Source: Hyphomicrobiales bacterium (GTDB lineage Bacteria > Pseudomonadota > Alphaproteobacteria > Rhizobiales > Devosiaceae). From it: a stretch of DNA of 64,000 nt. Where the stretch lies: assembly GCA_026981645.1 (NCBI GenBank), contig JALSII010000006.1, positions 162,564 through 226,563 of the forward strand, in the 5' to 3' direction. The notes below the pieces were generated by a model, which ran no database searches, was not told the DNA's origin, and saw only the letters and a program-made list of their open reading frames with translations. Below are positions 9,281-18,404 of this stretch, in pieces (position 1 is the stretch's first letter; each line of letters begins with the position of its first letter). The translations under genes were made by a program, and so were the position numbers.

Positions 9281-10354
9281 TTATTCAAACCCGGCAGTGG
9301 CCAGTACTTTACGAAAAACACCGGGCAGTGCTTCTTCCGCCAAATCACCTGCAGGAACCCACCACCCGGGCAGGGTCGGGTCGATGTCAGCTCCCCGCAG
9401 TTCCCAGACTTCCAACTCCAGCCGGAAGTGCGTGAAAACATGGGCAACACACCCGGCCTTCATCCAGTTTCCGGCCATCGGAAAATCAACTTCTGCAAAT
9501 TGTGATTCCCAGGGGCTTACGGGCACCCCGGTCATGCCGGCCAACAGGCCTTTCTCGGGCCGCTTGCACAACCAGATCATGTTGTCACCACGCTGGAGCA
9601 CAAAAGCATGACCGTATCGGACCGGACGTGCCTTCTTTTTTTGTTTCAACGGGAACCGGGCAGGGTCTGGTGTCGTTCTACCCAAGCAACCTCGAGCCAG
9701 CGGGCAGATCTCACAATCAGCACCGCGCGGTCTGCATATGGTCGCGCCCAGGTCCATCAGGCTTTGTGCAAAGTCGCCTGCGCGCTCCGGTACAAGAGAC
9801 TGGACAGATTTTCTGATTTCAGGCCTACTCTCATTCAGAGGTTTTTCCAGCGCGAGGAAGCGCGAAATGACACGCTCCACATTGGCATCGACCACCGCAA
9901 TTCTTTCGTCATAGCATATGGCAGCAATCGCTGCTGATGTGTAGGGGCCAATGCCGGGCAGGTCAGCCAGTTTCCTGGCGCTCCGGGGGAAACCTCCGGC
10001 AAAATCCGCAACAATCTTGCGGGCGCAGGCATGCAGATTTCTTGCGCGGGCATAATAGCCCAGGCCTGCCCATTCTTTGAGTACGTCCTCACGAGAGGCT
10101 GCAGCCAGTTCATGCACAGTCGGCCAGTGTGCGCAAAAGCGCAGAAAATAGTCCCGCGCAACTGATACCGTGGTCTGCTGCAGCATCACCTCGGAAAGCC
10201 ACACCCTGTAGGGATCAGGTTGCTCACCTGCCTTGCGCCGGGCCGGAGAGACTCGCCAGGGCAGTTCGCGCGCGTTGGCATCATACCAATGGAGCAAACC
10301 TTCTCTATCAAAACTCTGGTGCATCAGACCCCTTGGGACGAAGTATTTGCCCAT
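9281..10354 (-). CDS. mutY: A/G-specific adenine DNA glycosylase
   Basis: 357 aa with LLHWYDANARELPWR, HhH-GPD (LPGIGPYTSAAIAAI), the Fe-S cluster CRPRGADCEICPLARGC and a NUDIX-like C-terminal domain. An internal ATG at 10324 is an alternative start. Confidence 0.93.
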   Translation of the reverse strand: MGKYFVPRGLMHQSFDREGLLHWYDANARELPWRVSPARRKAGEQPDPYRVWLSEVMLQQTTVSVARDYFLRFCAHWPTVHELAAASREDVLKEWAGLGYYARARNLHACARKIVADFAGGFPRSARKLADLPGIGPYTSAAIAAICYDERIAVVDANVERVISRFLALEKPLNESRPEIRKSVQSLVPERAGDFAQSLMDLGATICRPRGADCEICPLARGCLGRTTPDPARFPLKQKKKARPVRYGHAFVLQRGDNMIWLCKRPEKGLLAGMTGVPVSPWESQFAEVDFPMAGNWMKAGCVAHVFTHFRLELEVWELRGADIDPTLPGWWVPAGDLAEEALPGVFRKVLATAGFE

Positions 10355-10416
10355 GCAATAGGAAAGCGCACATGTTATACTTTCACAACGACACCGATGC
10401 CCAACATCAGCTTTTT

Positions 10417-10941
10417 ATGCACAGGATTGTTATGGCGCCAAAAAAACCAGGTTCTAAACGTTGGGGCAAGCCTACCGATATAGGAGAGCTGGCTAACAAG
10501 GTGCTTGACCCGGTTCTGAAAAAACGGGGCTTCGCCAGTCGCGATATTCTGGCGCACTGGGCACAAATCGCTCCACCCCCCTATAACAAGGTTTGCGTCC
10601 CAGACCGGCTGAAATGGCGCCGGGGAGAGGCGGGGGCCGAAGGAGCACTTTTGTTGCTGCGATGCCACGAGGCCCACCGGCTGGCGCTGGCCCACGACGG
10701 CGCGTTGATCGCGGGCGCTGTCAACCGTTACTTCGGATATGTGCTCGTGGGCGCTGTTAAATTGTCGGCGGAACCGTTCACTTTCCGTTCAGACAAAAAG
10801 GTTCAGATTGCTATTGTAACAAGCGCTGATACAATTCTGGAGATTGAAAGCAAAATCGCCACAGTTGAGGACGATGGAATAAGAGACGCCCTGCGTAAAC
10901 TTGGTCAGGGCGTGCTTGGCGACAAGGACCGCAAGCAATAA
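10417..10941 (+). CDS. DUF721-domain protein (DciA-like)
   Basis: The track ORF from 10129 overlaps mutY. In-frame ATGs at 10417 and 10432 give (MHRIV)MAPKKPGSKRWGKPTDIGELANKVLDPVLKKRGFASRDILAHWAQI, the usual DUF721 N-terminus. It is divergent from mutY, as in many alphaproteobacteria. Confidence 0.7.
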   Translation: MHRIVMAPKKPGSKRWGKPTDIGELANKVLDPVLKKRGFASRDILAHWAQIAPPPYNKVCVPDRLKWRRGEAGAEGALLLLRCHEAHRLALAHDGALIAGAVNRYFGYVLVGAVKLSAEPFTFRSDKKVQIAIVTSADTILEIESKIATVEDDGIRDALRKLGQGVLGDKDRKQ

Positions 10942-11033
10942 CGGATATCAACAAAGCCTTACATACCTTCCAGCCAGCCCCCAACAACAACATTACCTGG
11001 TGTCTGGTACCAACAAAACGAACGGAGAAACTC

Positions 11034-11681
11034 GTGAAAATCAACCGCCGCAACGCCCTCGCACTAACCGCTGCCGCTACCGCGACAGGCTTGAGTGGGC
11101 TTACGCCTGCTTTTGGCGCAGAAGGCGATATGCACAGTGTCGAAGAATTGATGAACCCGGATGGCTGGGCCGATATCGCCATTCTTGGCGCGGAGGACGC
11201 CAAGGCAACTCTTATCGAATATTCCTCCCCCACCTGCCCGTTTTGCGCCGCATTTCACATCCAAACCTACCCAGCCTTTAAAGAGCAGTATATCGAGACC
11301 GGAAAATCCAGGTTCATTCTTCGCCCCTTCATCCGGAATGTGCTGGATGCCGTGGTGTTTATGGTGGCTGTGGCTGCCGGAGAAGAAGGCTATCACGAGG
11401 TGATAGGCGCCTATTTTGAGAGTCAGCAGGTGTGGTCCCGCTCCGACAAGCCCAGGGACGCCTTGATGGCTGTTGCATTGCAACTCGGCTTTACAGAGGA
11501 AAGTTTCGAAGCGGCCTTGACGAATCAGGAACTATTCGCAGGCATGGAGGCTGTACGCGATCAGGCACTGAATCAATTTGATTTGACGGGAACTCCGACA
11601 TTTTACATGAACGGCAAACAGCTTTCGGGCAACAAGTCTCTTCAGGACCTGGCAGCGGAAATCGACCCGCTGCAGGGTTAG
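11034..11681 (+). CDS. DsbA-family thiol:disulfide oxidoreductase, exported
   Basis: 215 aa with a GTG start after GGAGAA, a twin-arginine-like signal (KINRRNALALTAAATATGLSG) and the thioredoxin-fold CPFC active site (SSPTCPFCAAF). Confidence 0.85.
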   Translation: MKINRRNALALTAAATATGLSGLTPAFGAEGDMHSVEELMNPDGWADIAILGAEDAKATLIEYSSPTCPFCAAFHIQTYPAFKEQYIETGKSRFILRPFIRNVLDAVVFMVAVAAGEEGYHEVIGAYFESQQVWSRSDKPRDALMAVALQLGFTEESFEAALTNQELFAGMEAVRDQALNQFDLTGTPTFYMNGKQLSGNKSLQDLAAEIDPLQG

Positions 11682-11721
11682 TTTCGTACTGGCTGTTGCT
11701 AAAAGCTTCAGGAGGCGTTGA

Positions 11722-14700
11722 ATGAAATTCCAGCGCCTGCGTTTGCACGGCTTCAAAAGTTTCAGCGACCCCACCGATCTGCACCTGGAGCCGGGTTTGA
11801 CTGGTGTCGTGGGCCCCAATGGCTGCGGAAAGTCCAACCTGGTGGAAGCCATGCGCTGGGTTATGGGAGAAAGCTCCTACAAGGCCATGCGCGCTTCGGG
11901 CATGGATGACGTGATTTTTTCCGGCTCGGCAAACCGGCCGGGGCGCAACTCGGCTGAAGTCACGCTGGTGCTGGACAACTCCGACCGTTCTGCCCCTGCT
12001 CACCTCAACGATGCCGATACGCTGGAAGTCAGCCGCCGCATTGAGCGGGAAAACGGTTCCGTCTACCGGGTCAATGGTCGTGAGGTTCGAGCCCGTGATG
12101 TACAACTTCTGTTTGCGGATGCCTCGACAGGTGCCCACTCGCCGGCGCTGGTTCGTCAGGGACAGATAGGGGAGTTGATTGCCGCAAAGCCGGTCAAACG
12201 TCGAGCCTTGCTTGAAGAGGCCGCAGGCATCTCAGGTCTGCACTCCCGGCGCCATGAAGCAGAATTGCGCCTGCGCGGGGCCGAGCAAAACCTTGAACGC
12301 GTCGATGACATCGTCGCTCAGGTGGAAGGCCAGCTTGATAATCTGAAAAAGCAGGCGCGCCTCGCCTCAAGATACCGCAACATTTCAGGAGACATTCGCA
12401 GGTGTGAAGCGGCACTCTATCATGTACGCTGGGTGAATGCGCGAGTTGCAGAGAAAAAAACCGAGGCCCTGCAGGGCCAAACGGTTAAACTTCTGGCGGA
12501 TGCAACACACGCGGAACTCAAGACCACCAAAGCGCTTGAGGCCGCCAAAGATGCCATCGCACCGGTGCGAGCAGCAGATGTCAGCGCGGGTGCTGCTGTT
12601 CAACGATTGACGATATTGCGTGAGCAGTTGGAAACGGAAATCCGCCGGACCGACAGCCGGCAGGCAGAACTCGAAGACCGGCAAAAACAAATCCTTGCCG
12701 ACATAGAACGGGAAACCGCCCTGATCAGTGAGGCGGACACCCTTTTGAAAGCTTATGGCGAGGAAAAGACCCGGCTTACCTGCGAAAGCGAACAGGAGAG
12801 CAAAGCGGCGAACCAGGCACGCGAAGCCGCAAATGCTGCCGAGGCCGATCTGAAGCTGGCGGAAAGCAAATTCCGTGAGGCGACCGAGGAACTGGCGCAG
12901 TTGCGTGCCCGGCGCGCGCAGGCCACACGCTCCGCCGAAGAAGCAAAAGTCAGGGCAGCGCGGTTGCAGGTACAGATTGAAGAGGTGACCCGCGAAGCTG
13001 ACAATGTGAGACTGGAACTCAATTCCGACAGCGAAATCATACTGCGCCGGGCGGAGTTGGACGCTGCCCACGCCGCCTCAAAGCAGGCCGAGCTGGAAGC
13101 AATTTCTGCAGAAAAATCCAGCCAGGCCGCTCGGGAGGCCCTTGAAATGGCACGCCCCGGGCTCAGCGAACTTGAGACCAGTCTGAACTCGCTGGAAATC
13201 GAAGCAGAAACGCTGGCCAGCGTCTTGAAATTGCAGGACAGCAATCTGTGGCCGGCAATTGTGGATACGCTGGATGTCAGCGCAGGATATGAGGTTGCTC
13301 TGGGCGCAGCTCTGGGAGACGACCTTGAGGCCTCAGGAGATAGCGGCGCGCCTATTTACTGGACCAAACCGGGCGACTCTGCCGACGATCCACCATTGCC
13401 TGAAGGGGCGCTGGCACTTTCGAAATTTGTGGATGGAGTTGCCAGTCTGAAGCGGGGGCTCGATCAGATAGGAATTGTCAGTGCTTCTGAAGGGCCCCGG
13501 CTGATGCTTTCCCTGCGCCCCGGGCAACGGCTGGTCACTATGGAAGGCGACCTCTGGCGCTGGGACGGGCTGGTGTCCAAAGCCGATGCCCCCAGCGCCG
13601 CGGCCCAGCGATTATCCCAGCGCAACCGGTTGACCGAACTGGACCGGGAGATATCTGAGGGCCGTGCAGCGGTTGCCAGAGCCCGGGAGCAAGTCGACAG
13701 GCTTAAAATCAACGATCAGCAGGCCCAGAGTGCAGAAAGTGAACTGCGGGAAAACTGGCGGCAGGCCCAACGTCAAATCGAAACAGCACAGAGTGCATTT
13801 GATATCGCACAACGAGCCGTGGGCGACCTTGCCACTCGTCAGGGCGCTCTGGAAGAGGCGCGTGTACGCCTGAATTCAAGCCTGAAAGAAGCGCTCGAAA
13901 TTGAGGCTGATGCGACCAGAACTCTTGAGGCCTGCGAGAGTGAAAACGACGCAGAACGTGAGGTTAGGACTATTCAAAATCAGTTGCAGGGCGCGCGCTC
14001 AACCTATGAGCAAACCAGACTGGCCTTGGGCAATTTTGAAAATGCGGGACGTATGCGGGCCAACCGTATTGCCCAGTTGGAGCAGGAGATGTCAAGCTGG
14101 TGCCGGCGCAAGGAAAGTGCAGAGGCTCAGGCAAAGGACCTTGGCAACCGGAGAGAAGAAATTGCCGCGCAACTCGCTTCCCTCGCTCAATCCCCGGAAG
14201 GGTACTCAGACAAGCGCGAAGCGCTCGACCGGCAGCTTGAGGATGCAAAACAGGCGCAAAAACTGACGTCCAACAAACTGGCGGAAGCTGAAAACGCCTA
14301 TCGCGAACTCGACCGGCACAGCCGGGAAGCCTCTCAAGCCCTGGGTGAAGTCCGGGCGGAAATGGCGCGAATCGACGAACGCCTGAAGGGGTTGATTCTA
14401 CAACGTCAGCAAATCGAGCAGGTGGTACAGGAAAACCTTGGCATACCGGCCAATGAAACTGCTGAACTTGCGCAGATCAAGGCCGAGGCCGCCCTGCCCG
14501 ACGAGCATCAGACTGAACGGCGCCTTGAGCGACTAAAGGCTGAGCGGGAAAGGCTGGGAGGGGTGAACCTCTCAGCGGAAAAGGAAGCGGCAGATACCAG
14601 AGAAAAACTTGAGACAATGATCGCAGACCGGGATGATCTGATCGCGGCAATTTCCAAGTTGCGTACCGGCATTTCAAGCCTGAACCGGGAGGGTCGCGCA

Positions 14701-15180
14701 CGCCTGAATGACGCGTTTGAAAGGGTGAACGCGCATTTTCAGGACCTGTTCACTTCGCTTTTTGACGGAGGCACTGCCGAACTCACCTTTGTAGAAAGTG
14801 ACGATCCGCTGGAGGCAGGCCTTGAAATTCTGGCACGCCCACCGGGCAAAAAACCTCAGGTTCTCTCACTGTTATCCGGCGGCGAACAGGCCTTGACCGC
14901 GCTAGCACTGATATTTGCCGTGTTCCTCACCAATCCGGCACCCATCTGCGTGCTGGACGAAGTGGACGCGCCCCTTGATGATGCTAATGTCGAGCGATTT
15001 TGTAATCTGCTCGACAGTATGTGCCAACGCACGCATACGCGTTTTCTGGTCATCACGCACAATCCGATTACCATGTCTCGGGTAGACCGCCTGTTCGGTG
15101 TTACCATGGCTGAACGGGGAGTCAGTCAGCTTGTTTCTGTCGACCTGGCAACCGCGCAGACCGTGCGCGAAGCAGTTTGA
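11722..15180 (+). CDS. smc: chromosome segregation protein SMC
   Basis: 1152 aa with Walker A GPNGCGKSNLVEA, very long Ala/Glu/Arg/Leu coiled-coil arms and a hinge. The C-terminus has the signature LSGGEQALTALALIFA and Walker B CVLDEVDAPLD. Confidence 0.97.
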   Translation: MKFQRLRLHGFKSFSDPTDLHLEPGLTGVVGPNGCGKSNLVEAMRWVMGESSYKAMRASGMDDVIFSGSANRPGRNSAEVTLVLDNSDRSAPAHLNDADTLEVSRRIERENGSVYRVNGREVRARDVQLLFADASTGAHSPALVRQGQIGELIAAKPVKRRALLEEAAGISGLHSRRHEAELRLRGAEQNLERVDDIVAQVEGQLDNLKKQARLASRYRNISGDIRRCEAALYHVRWVNARVAEKKTEALQGQTVKLLADATHAELKTTKALEAAKDAIAPVRAADVSAGAAVQRLTILREQLETEIRRTDSRQAELEDRQKQILADIERETALISEADTLLKAYGEEKTRLTCESEQESKAANQAREAANAAEADLKLAESKFREATEELAQLRARRAQATRSAEEAKVRAARLQVQIEEVTREADNVRLELNSDSEIILRRAELDAAHAASKQAELEAISAEKSSQAAREALEMARPGLSELETSLNSLEIEAETLASVLKLQDSNLWPAIVDTLDVSAGYEVALGAALGDDLEASGDSGAPIYWTKPGDSADDPPLPEGALALSKFVDGVASLKRGLDQIGIVSASEGPRLMLSLRPGQRLVTMEGDLWRWDGLVSKADAPSAAAQRLSQRNRLTELDREISEGRAAVARAREQVDRLKINDQQAQSAESELRENWRQAQRQIETAQSAFDIAQRAVGDLATRQGALEEARVRLNSSLKEALEIEADATRTLEACESENDAEREVRTIQNQLQGARSTYEQTRLALGNFENAGRMRANRIAQLEQEMSSWCRRKESAEAQAKDLGNRREEIAAQLASLAQSPEGYSDKREALDRQLEDAKQAQKLTSNKLAEAENAYRELDRHSREASQALGEVRAEMARIDERLKGLILQRQQIEQVVQENLGIPANETAELAQIKAEAALPDEHQTERRLERLKAERERLGGVNLSAEKEAADTREKLETMIADRDDLIAAISKLRTGISSLNREGRARLNDAFERVNAHFQDLFTSLFDGGTAELTFVESDDPLEAGLEILARPPGKKPQVLSLLSGGEQALTALALIFAVFLTNPAPICVLDEVDAPLDDANVERFCNLLDSMCQRTHTRFLVITHNPITMSRVDRLFGVTMAERGVSQLVSVDLATAQTVREAV

Positions 15181-15283
15181 GCGACCCCATCAGCATGGCT
15201 CAAGCCTGCTGAGAGATATGGGTGCCTATCAATTGTTTGCATTTCTTCATGTATTTCAATAAGTTACCATGTGGGCGGATTGC

Positions 15284-15312
15284 TTGACACCTTCAAAGGC
15301 TGACACTATGGT
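15284..15312 (+). promoter_or_regulatory. candidate sigma70-type promoter of the atp F0 operon (TTGACA-N17-TATGGT)
   Basis: TTGACA at 15284-15289, a 17-nt spacer and TATGGT at 15307-15312, about 60 nt upstream of the atpI ATG. Pattern match only. Confidence 0.4.
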
Positions 15313-15371
15313 GCGCGCGACTTTGAGGGTGATCCTCATGCACAAAAGAGCTGGTCTTCACGGTGTTCTCA

Positions 15372-15764
15372 ATGGCTGATTCGGATAAAACGAAACGGCC
15401 CGAACGAGTATCGCAACGGCCGGAAACGGGGGCGCTGGCTTCACGAATTCGGCGCGCCAAAAAGCAACGACCCGCGCTGGCCGCAGCTTCGGCCATGCGT
15501 CAGAATGAGCTGACGGGTGCGGGACGGGCTTTTCGGATGGCCTCGGAGTTTGTGGCGGCAGTTATTGTTGCTACTGCACTGGGGATGGCACTGGACGCCA
15601 TTTTTGGCACGCGGCCGATTTTTATGATCGTGTTGCTGTTGCTGGGATTTGCAGCCGGTGTGCTTAATGTGACGCGGGCTGCGGCGGAAATGAATGCCAA
15701 TGCGCCCAAACCGGATCCGGATAAACTGGTTCCGCCGGACGAACTGGATGATGATGACGACTAG
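15372..15764 (+). CDS. atpI: ATP synthase protein I (AtpI/AtpZ family)
   Basis: Small basic N-terminus, then two hydrophobic helices (FVAAVIVATALGMALDAIFG; IFMIVLLLLGFAAGVLNV), directly upstream of atpB. ATG 15372 is preferred over GTG 15363. Confidence 0.75.
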   Translation: MADSDKTKRPERVSQRPETGALASRIRRAKKQRPALAAASAMRQNELTGAGRAFRMASEFVAAVIVATALGMALDAIFGTRPIFMIVLLLLGFAAGVLNVTRAAAEMNANAPKPDPDKLVPPDELDDDDD

Positions 15765-15838
15765 ATAAAGACTTGGCGATTTTCCAAAAATTTCGCAACA
15801 ACAAACGACACTTTCAGGGCTAAGAAGGGCTCAATAAA

Positions 15839-16615
15839 TTGGCTGGCACAGATCCTATTTCTCAGTTCAATATCTACGAACTTTTTTCGTTTGGCACCAT
15901 TGGTGCCGATGCTGAAGGGGCGGGCGGGTTTGAGTTGGCCTTCACCAACTCATCGCTGTTCATGGTGCTTACGGTGGGCCTGATTGCGGGTTACCTTATT
16001 CTGTCGACGCGCGGCCGGGGCCTGGTGCCCTCGCGATTGCAGCTTGTTTCAGAAATAACCTACGAATTTATTGCCAATATGGTGCGAAGTTCGGCGGGGA
16101 ACGAGGGAATGAAATTTTTTCCTTTTGTATTTTCGCTGTTCACCTTCATTCTGATTTCCAACATGTTCGGCATGTTCCCCTATTTTATTACCGTGGCCAG
16201 CCATCTGATCATCACTGTGGCGCTGGCGTTGCTGGTGATGACCGTGGTCATAGTCTATGGCGTGATGCGCAATGGTTTTGGCTTTTTGAAGCTGTTTGTC
16301 CCCTCGGGAATTCCGCTTCCGGTTTTGATTATTGTTGTTCCCATTGAAGTGCTTTCCTTCCTGTCACGCCCGCTCAGCCTTTCTCTGCGTTTGTTCGGCA
16401 ACATGCTGGCAGGGCACATAGTGCTCAAGGTTTTTGCCGGCTTTGTCGTGACGCTGACCTCAATGGGCGCGTTTGGCATCATCGGTGCTGTCCTTCCCTT
16501 CGGCATGACAGTCGCACTGACGGGCCTTGAGTTCCTGGTATCGGCCCTTCAGGCCTTCGTGTTCACCATTCTTACATGCGTCTATCTGAATGACGCCATT
16601 CACCCGGGACACTGA
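15839..16615 (+). CDS. atpB: F0F1 ATP synthase subunit a
   Basis: 258 aa, polytopic, with the essential-Arg motif [15 protein letters not shown]. Confidence 0.95.
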   Translation: MAGTDPISQFNIYELFSFGTIGADAEGAGGFELAFTNSSLFMVLTVGLIAGYLILSTRGRGLVPSRLQLVSEITYEFIANMVRSSAGNEGMKFFPFVFSLFTFILISNMFGMFPYFITVASHLIITVALALLVMTVVIVYGVMRNGFGFLKLFVPSGIPLPVLIIVVPIEVLSFLSRPLSLSLRLFGNMLAGHIVLKVFAGFVVTLTSMGAFGIIGAVLPFGMTVALTGLEFLVSALQAFVFTILTCVYLNDAIHPGH

Positions 16616-16687
16616 TTCAACAAAGCATCAGAGTTCCAGTCTTAATCCCGAACCTTTCAATCTGAATTTTTCCAAGGAGTTAAAAAA

Positions 16688-16915
16688 ATGGAAGCAGAAG
16701 CAGCAAAATACATCGGCGCAGGCATTGCAACGATTGGCATGGGCGGCGCCGGCGTTGGCGTGGGTATTATTTTCGGAAACTATCTTTCCGGGGCCCTGCG
16801 TAATCCTGCTGCTGCGGCAAGCCAGTTTACCAACCTCATCTTTGGTTTTGCGGTGACAGAAGCCCTTGGCATCTTCTCGCTGCTGGTTGCCCTGTTGCTG
16901 TTGTTTGTTCTTTAG
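16688..16915 (+). CDS. atpE: F0F1 ATP synthase subunit c
   Basis: 75-aa two-helix proteolipid ([21 protein letters not shown] ... [20 protein letters not shown]). Confidence 0.95.
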   Translation: MEAEAAKYIGAGIATIGMGGAGVGVGIIFGNYLSGALRNPAAAASQFTNLIFGFAVTEALGIFSLLVALLLLFVL

Positions 16916-16953
16916 TCCGTTAAAGGACCACAAACCCAGTCGTCAACTTATTG

Positions 16954-16985
16954 AGGCAGCCCTTTAATACGTTACCGGGCTGCCT
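16954..16985 (+). other. 9-bp stem / 14-nt loop hairpin between atpE and the b' gene
   Basis: AGGCAGCCC-tttaatacgttacc-GGGCTGCCT. No U-tract follows. Confidence 0.4.
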
Positions 16986-17056
16986 TGAGCACACCCCGGC
17001 CGGCTCGCACTGCAAAAGCGGACCTTGGGGTATTTTGATCCAACGGGACAGGTGAC

Positions 17057-17818
17057 ATGTCAATTATCGGCTCAATTTACGGACAGGCAGATTTAGCTGT
17101 GCAACAACAGGACGGCGCGACATGGGCAGGCGCAATTGTTGTCGCCCAGGCTGAAACAGACATATCGTCCGAAGAAAGTACTGTATCGGGAAGTGAGACT
17201 TCCCAAGGCGGTGCATCTGAAGACGCCGTGATTGTTCTTGAGGGCACATCCGGGGAAGAGGTGCTGGGCGCCTCAAGCCATGGCGAGGAGACCACAACCG
17301 GCACGTCGTCCCATGATGTAAAAGACTCTGGCGTGTTCCCCCCGTTCGACAGTTCGACCTTCGGGGCACAACTGTTCTGGCTGGCCCTGACGTTCGGCGC
17401 GCTTTATCTGCTGATGAGTAAAATCGCTCTACCCCGGATTGGTGAAATTCTTGAAGTCAGGCGCGACCGTATTGAAGGCGACCTTGCTGAGGCGGAACGC
17501 TTGCGTAAAAAAACCGATCAGGCCATCGCCTCTTATGAGGCTGAGCTTGCCGAAGCGCGGGCAAAGTCTCAGGCTATCGCCGAGGACACGCGCGCCAGCC
17601 TCAAGGCTGATGTGGATGCAAAGCGCGCCGAGGTGGAGGCCGATCTGACCAAAAAGGTTGCTGTTGCAGAAAGCCGGATCCAGAAAACAAAGGCTGATGC
17701 GCTGGCAAATGTAGATGATATCGCCGCAGATACTGCTGTAGCGCTGGTTTCAAAATTGACAGGCAAAATCAGTGTAAAAGCTGCGCGTAGTGCTGTTGCA
17801 ACCGTTGTGAAGGGTTAG
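17057..17818 (+). CDS. F0F1 ATP synthase subunit b' with a long acidic N-terminal extension
   Basis: The C-terminal ~160 aa are a classic b/b' subunit (FPPFDSSTFGAQLFWLALTFGALYLLMSKIALPRIGEILEVRRDRIEGDLAEAE..., then an Ala/Glu/Lys coiled coil). The start is uncertain; an in-frame GTG within AVIVLEG is possible. Confidence 0.85.
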   Translation: MSIIGSIYGQADLAVQQQDGATWAGAIVVAQAETDISSEESTVSGSETSQGGASEDAVIVLEGTSGEEVLGASSHGEETTTGTSSHDVKDSGVFPPFDSSTFGAQLFWLALTFGALYLLMSKIALPRIGEILEVRRDRIEGDLAEAERLRKKTDQAIASYEAELAEARAKSQAIAEDTRASLKADVDAKRAEVEADLTKKVAVAESRIQKTKADALANVDDIAADTAVALVSKLTGKISVKAARSAVATVVKG

Positions 17819-17822
17819 AAAA

Positions 17823-18305
17823 ATGGAATTTGATAATACCTTCTGGGCAACCGTTGCTTTTTTTACTTTTTTTGGCCTTCTCATCTATATGAAATTGCCC
17901 AAAACCATTCTTGGCGGGATGGACAGCAAAATCAAAAAAATTCAGTCCGACCTGGATGAAGCCAAACAGTTGCGTGAAGAAGCACAGGCACTGCTTGCTG
18001 AATATGAACGCAAGCGCAAGGCGGCCGAGTCCGAGGCCGAAGAAATTGTAACAGCGGCCAAGGAAGAATCTGCACGCATGGCCGAAGAAGCAAAGGTGGC
18101 GCTGGAAGAACTGATCGCAAGACGCACCAAAGCCGTCGAAGACAAAATTTCCCAGGCCGAAGCTCAGGCAATTGCCGAGGTTCGTTCCCGCTCAGCCGAG
18201 GTCGCAGTGGAAGCGGCGCGGGTTTTGCTGGTAGAGCAGATGGCTGAAAAGGGCGATGCCCTGATCGAGGATGCCATCAAGGATGTGGGCAGTCGGATCA
18301 ATTAG
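17823..18305 (+). CDS. atpF: F0F1 ATP synthase subunit b
   Basis: 160 aa with a single N-terminal TM (FWATVAFFTFFGLLIYM), then a long Ala/Glu/Lys helix. Confidence 0.9.
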   Translation: MEFDNTFWATVAFFTFFGLLIYMKLPKTILGGMDSKIKKIQSDLDEAKQLREEAQALLAEYERKRKAAESEAEEIVTAAKEESARMAEEAKVALEELIARRTKAVEDKISQAEAQAIAEVRSRSAEVAVEAARVLLVEQMAEKGDALIEDAIKDVGSRIN

Positions 18306-18359
18306 GGGCCGGACCCATTAAATGTGAGGGCTATGTGCACCAGCCAGGCTATTTGAAAG

Positions 18360-18385
18360 GGGCTCCTTTTGGAGCCCGTTTTTTT
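18360..18385 (+). terminator. rho-independent terminator of the atp F0 operon
   Basis: GGGCTCC-TTTT-GGAGCCC followed by GTTTTTTT. Confidence 0.75.
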
Positions 18386-18404
18386 GCGTCGCGCGTGCCG
18401 GCGC

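Noticed and set aside
10129-10416. N-terminal 96 codons of the track ORF 10129-10941
   Set aside because: This part overlaps mutY on the opposite strand and has no DUF721-like sequence. The in-frame ATGs at 10417/10432 give the normal N-terminus.
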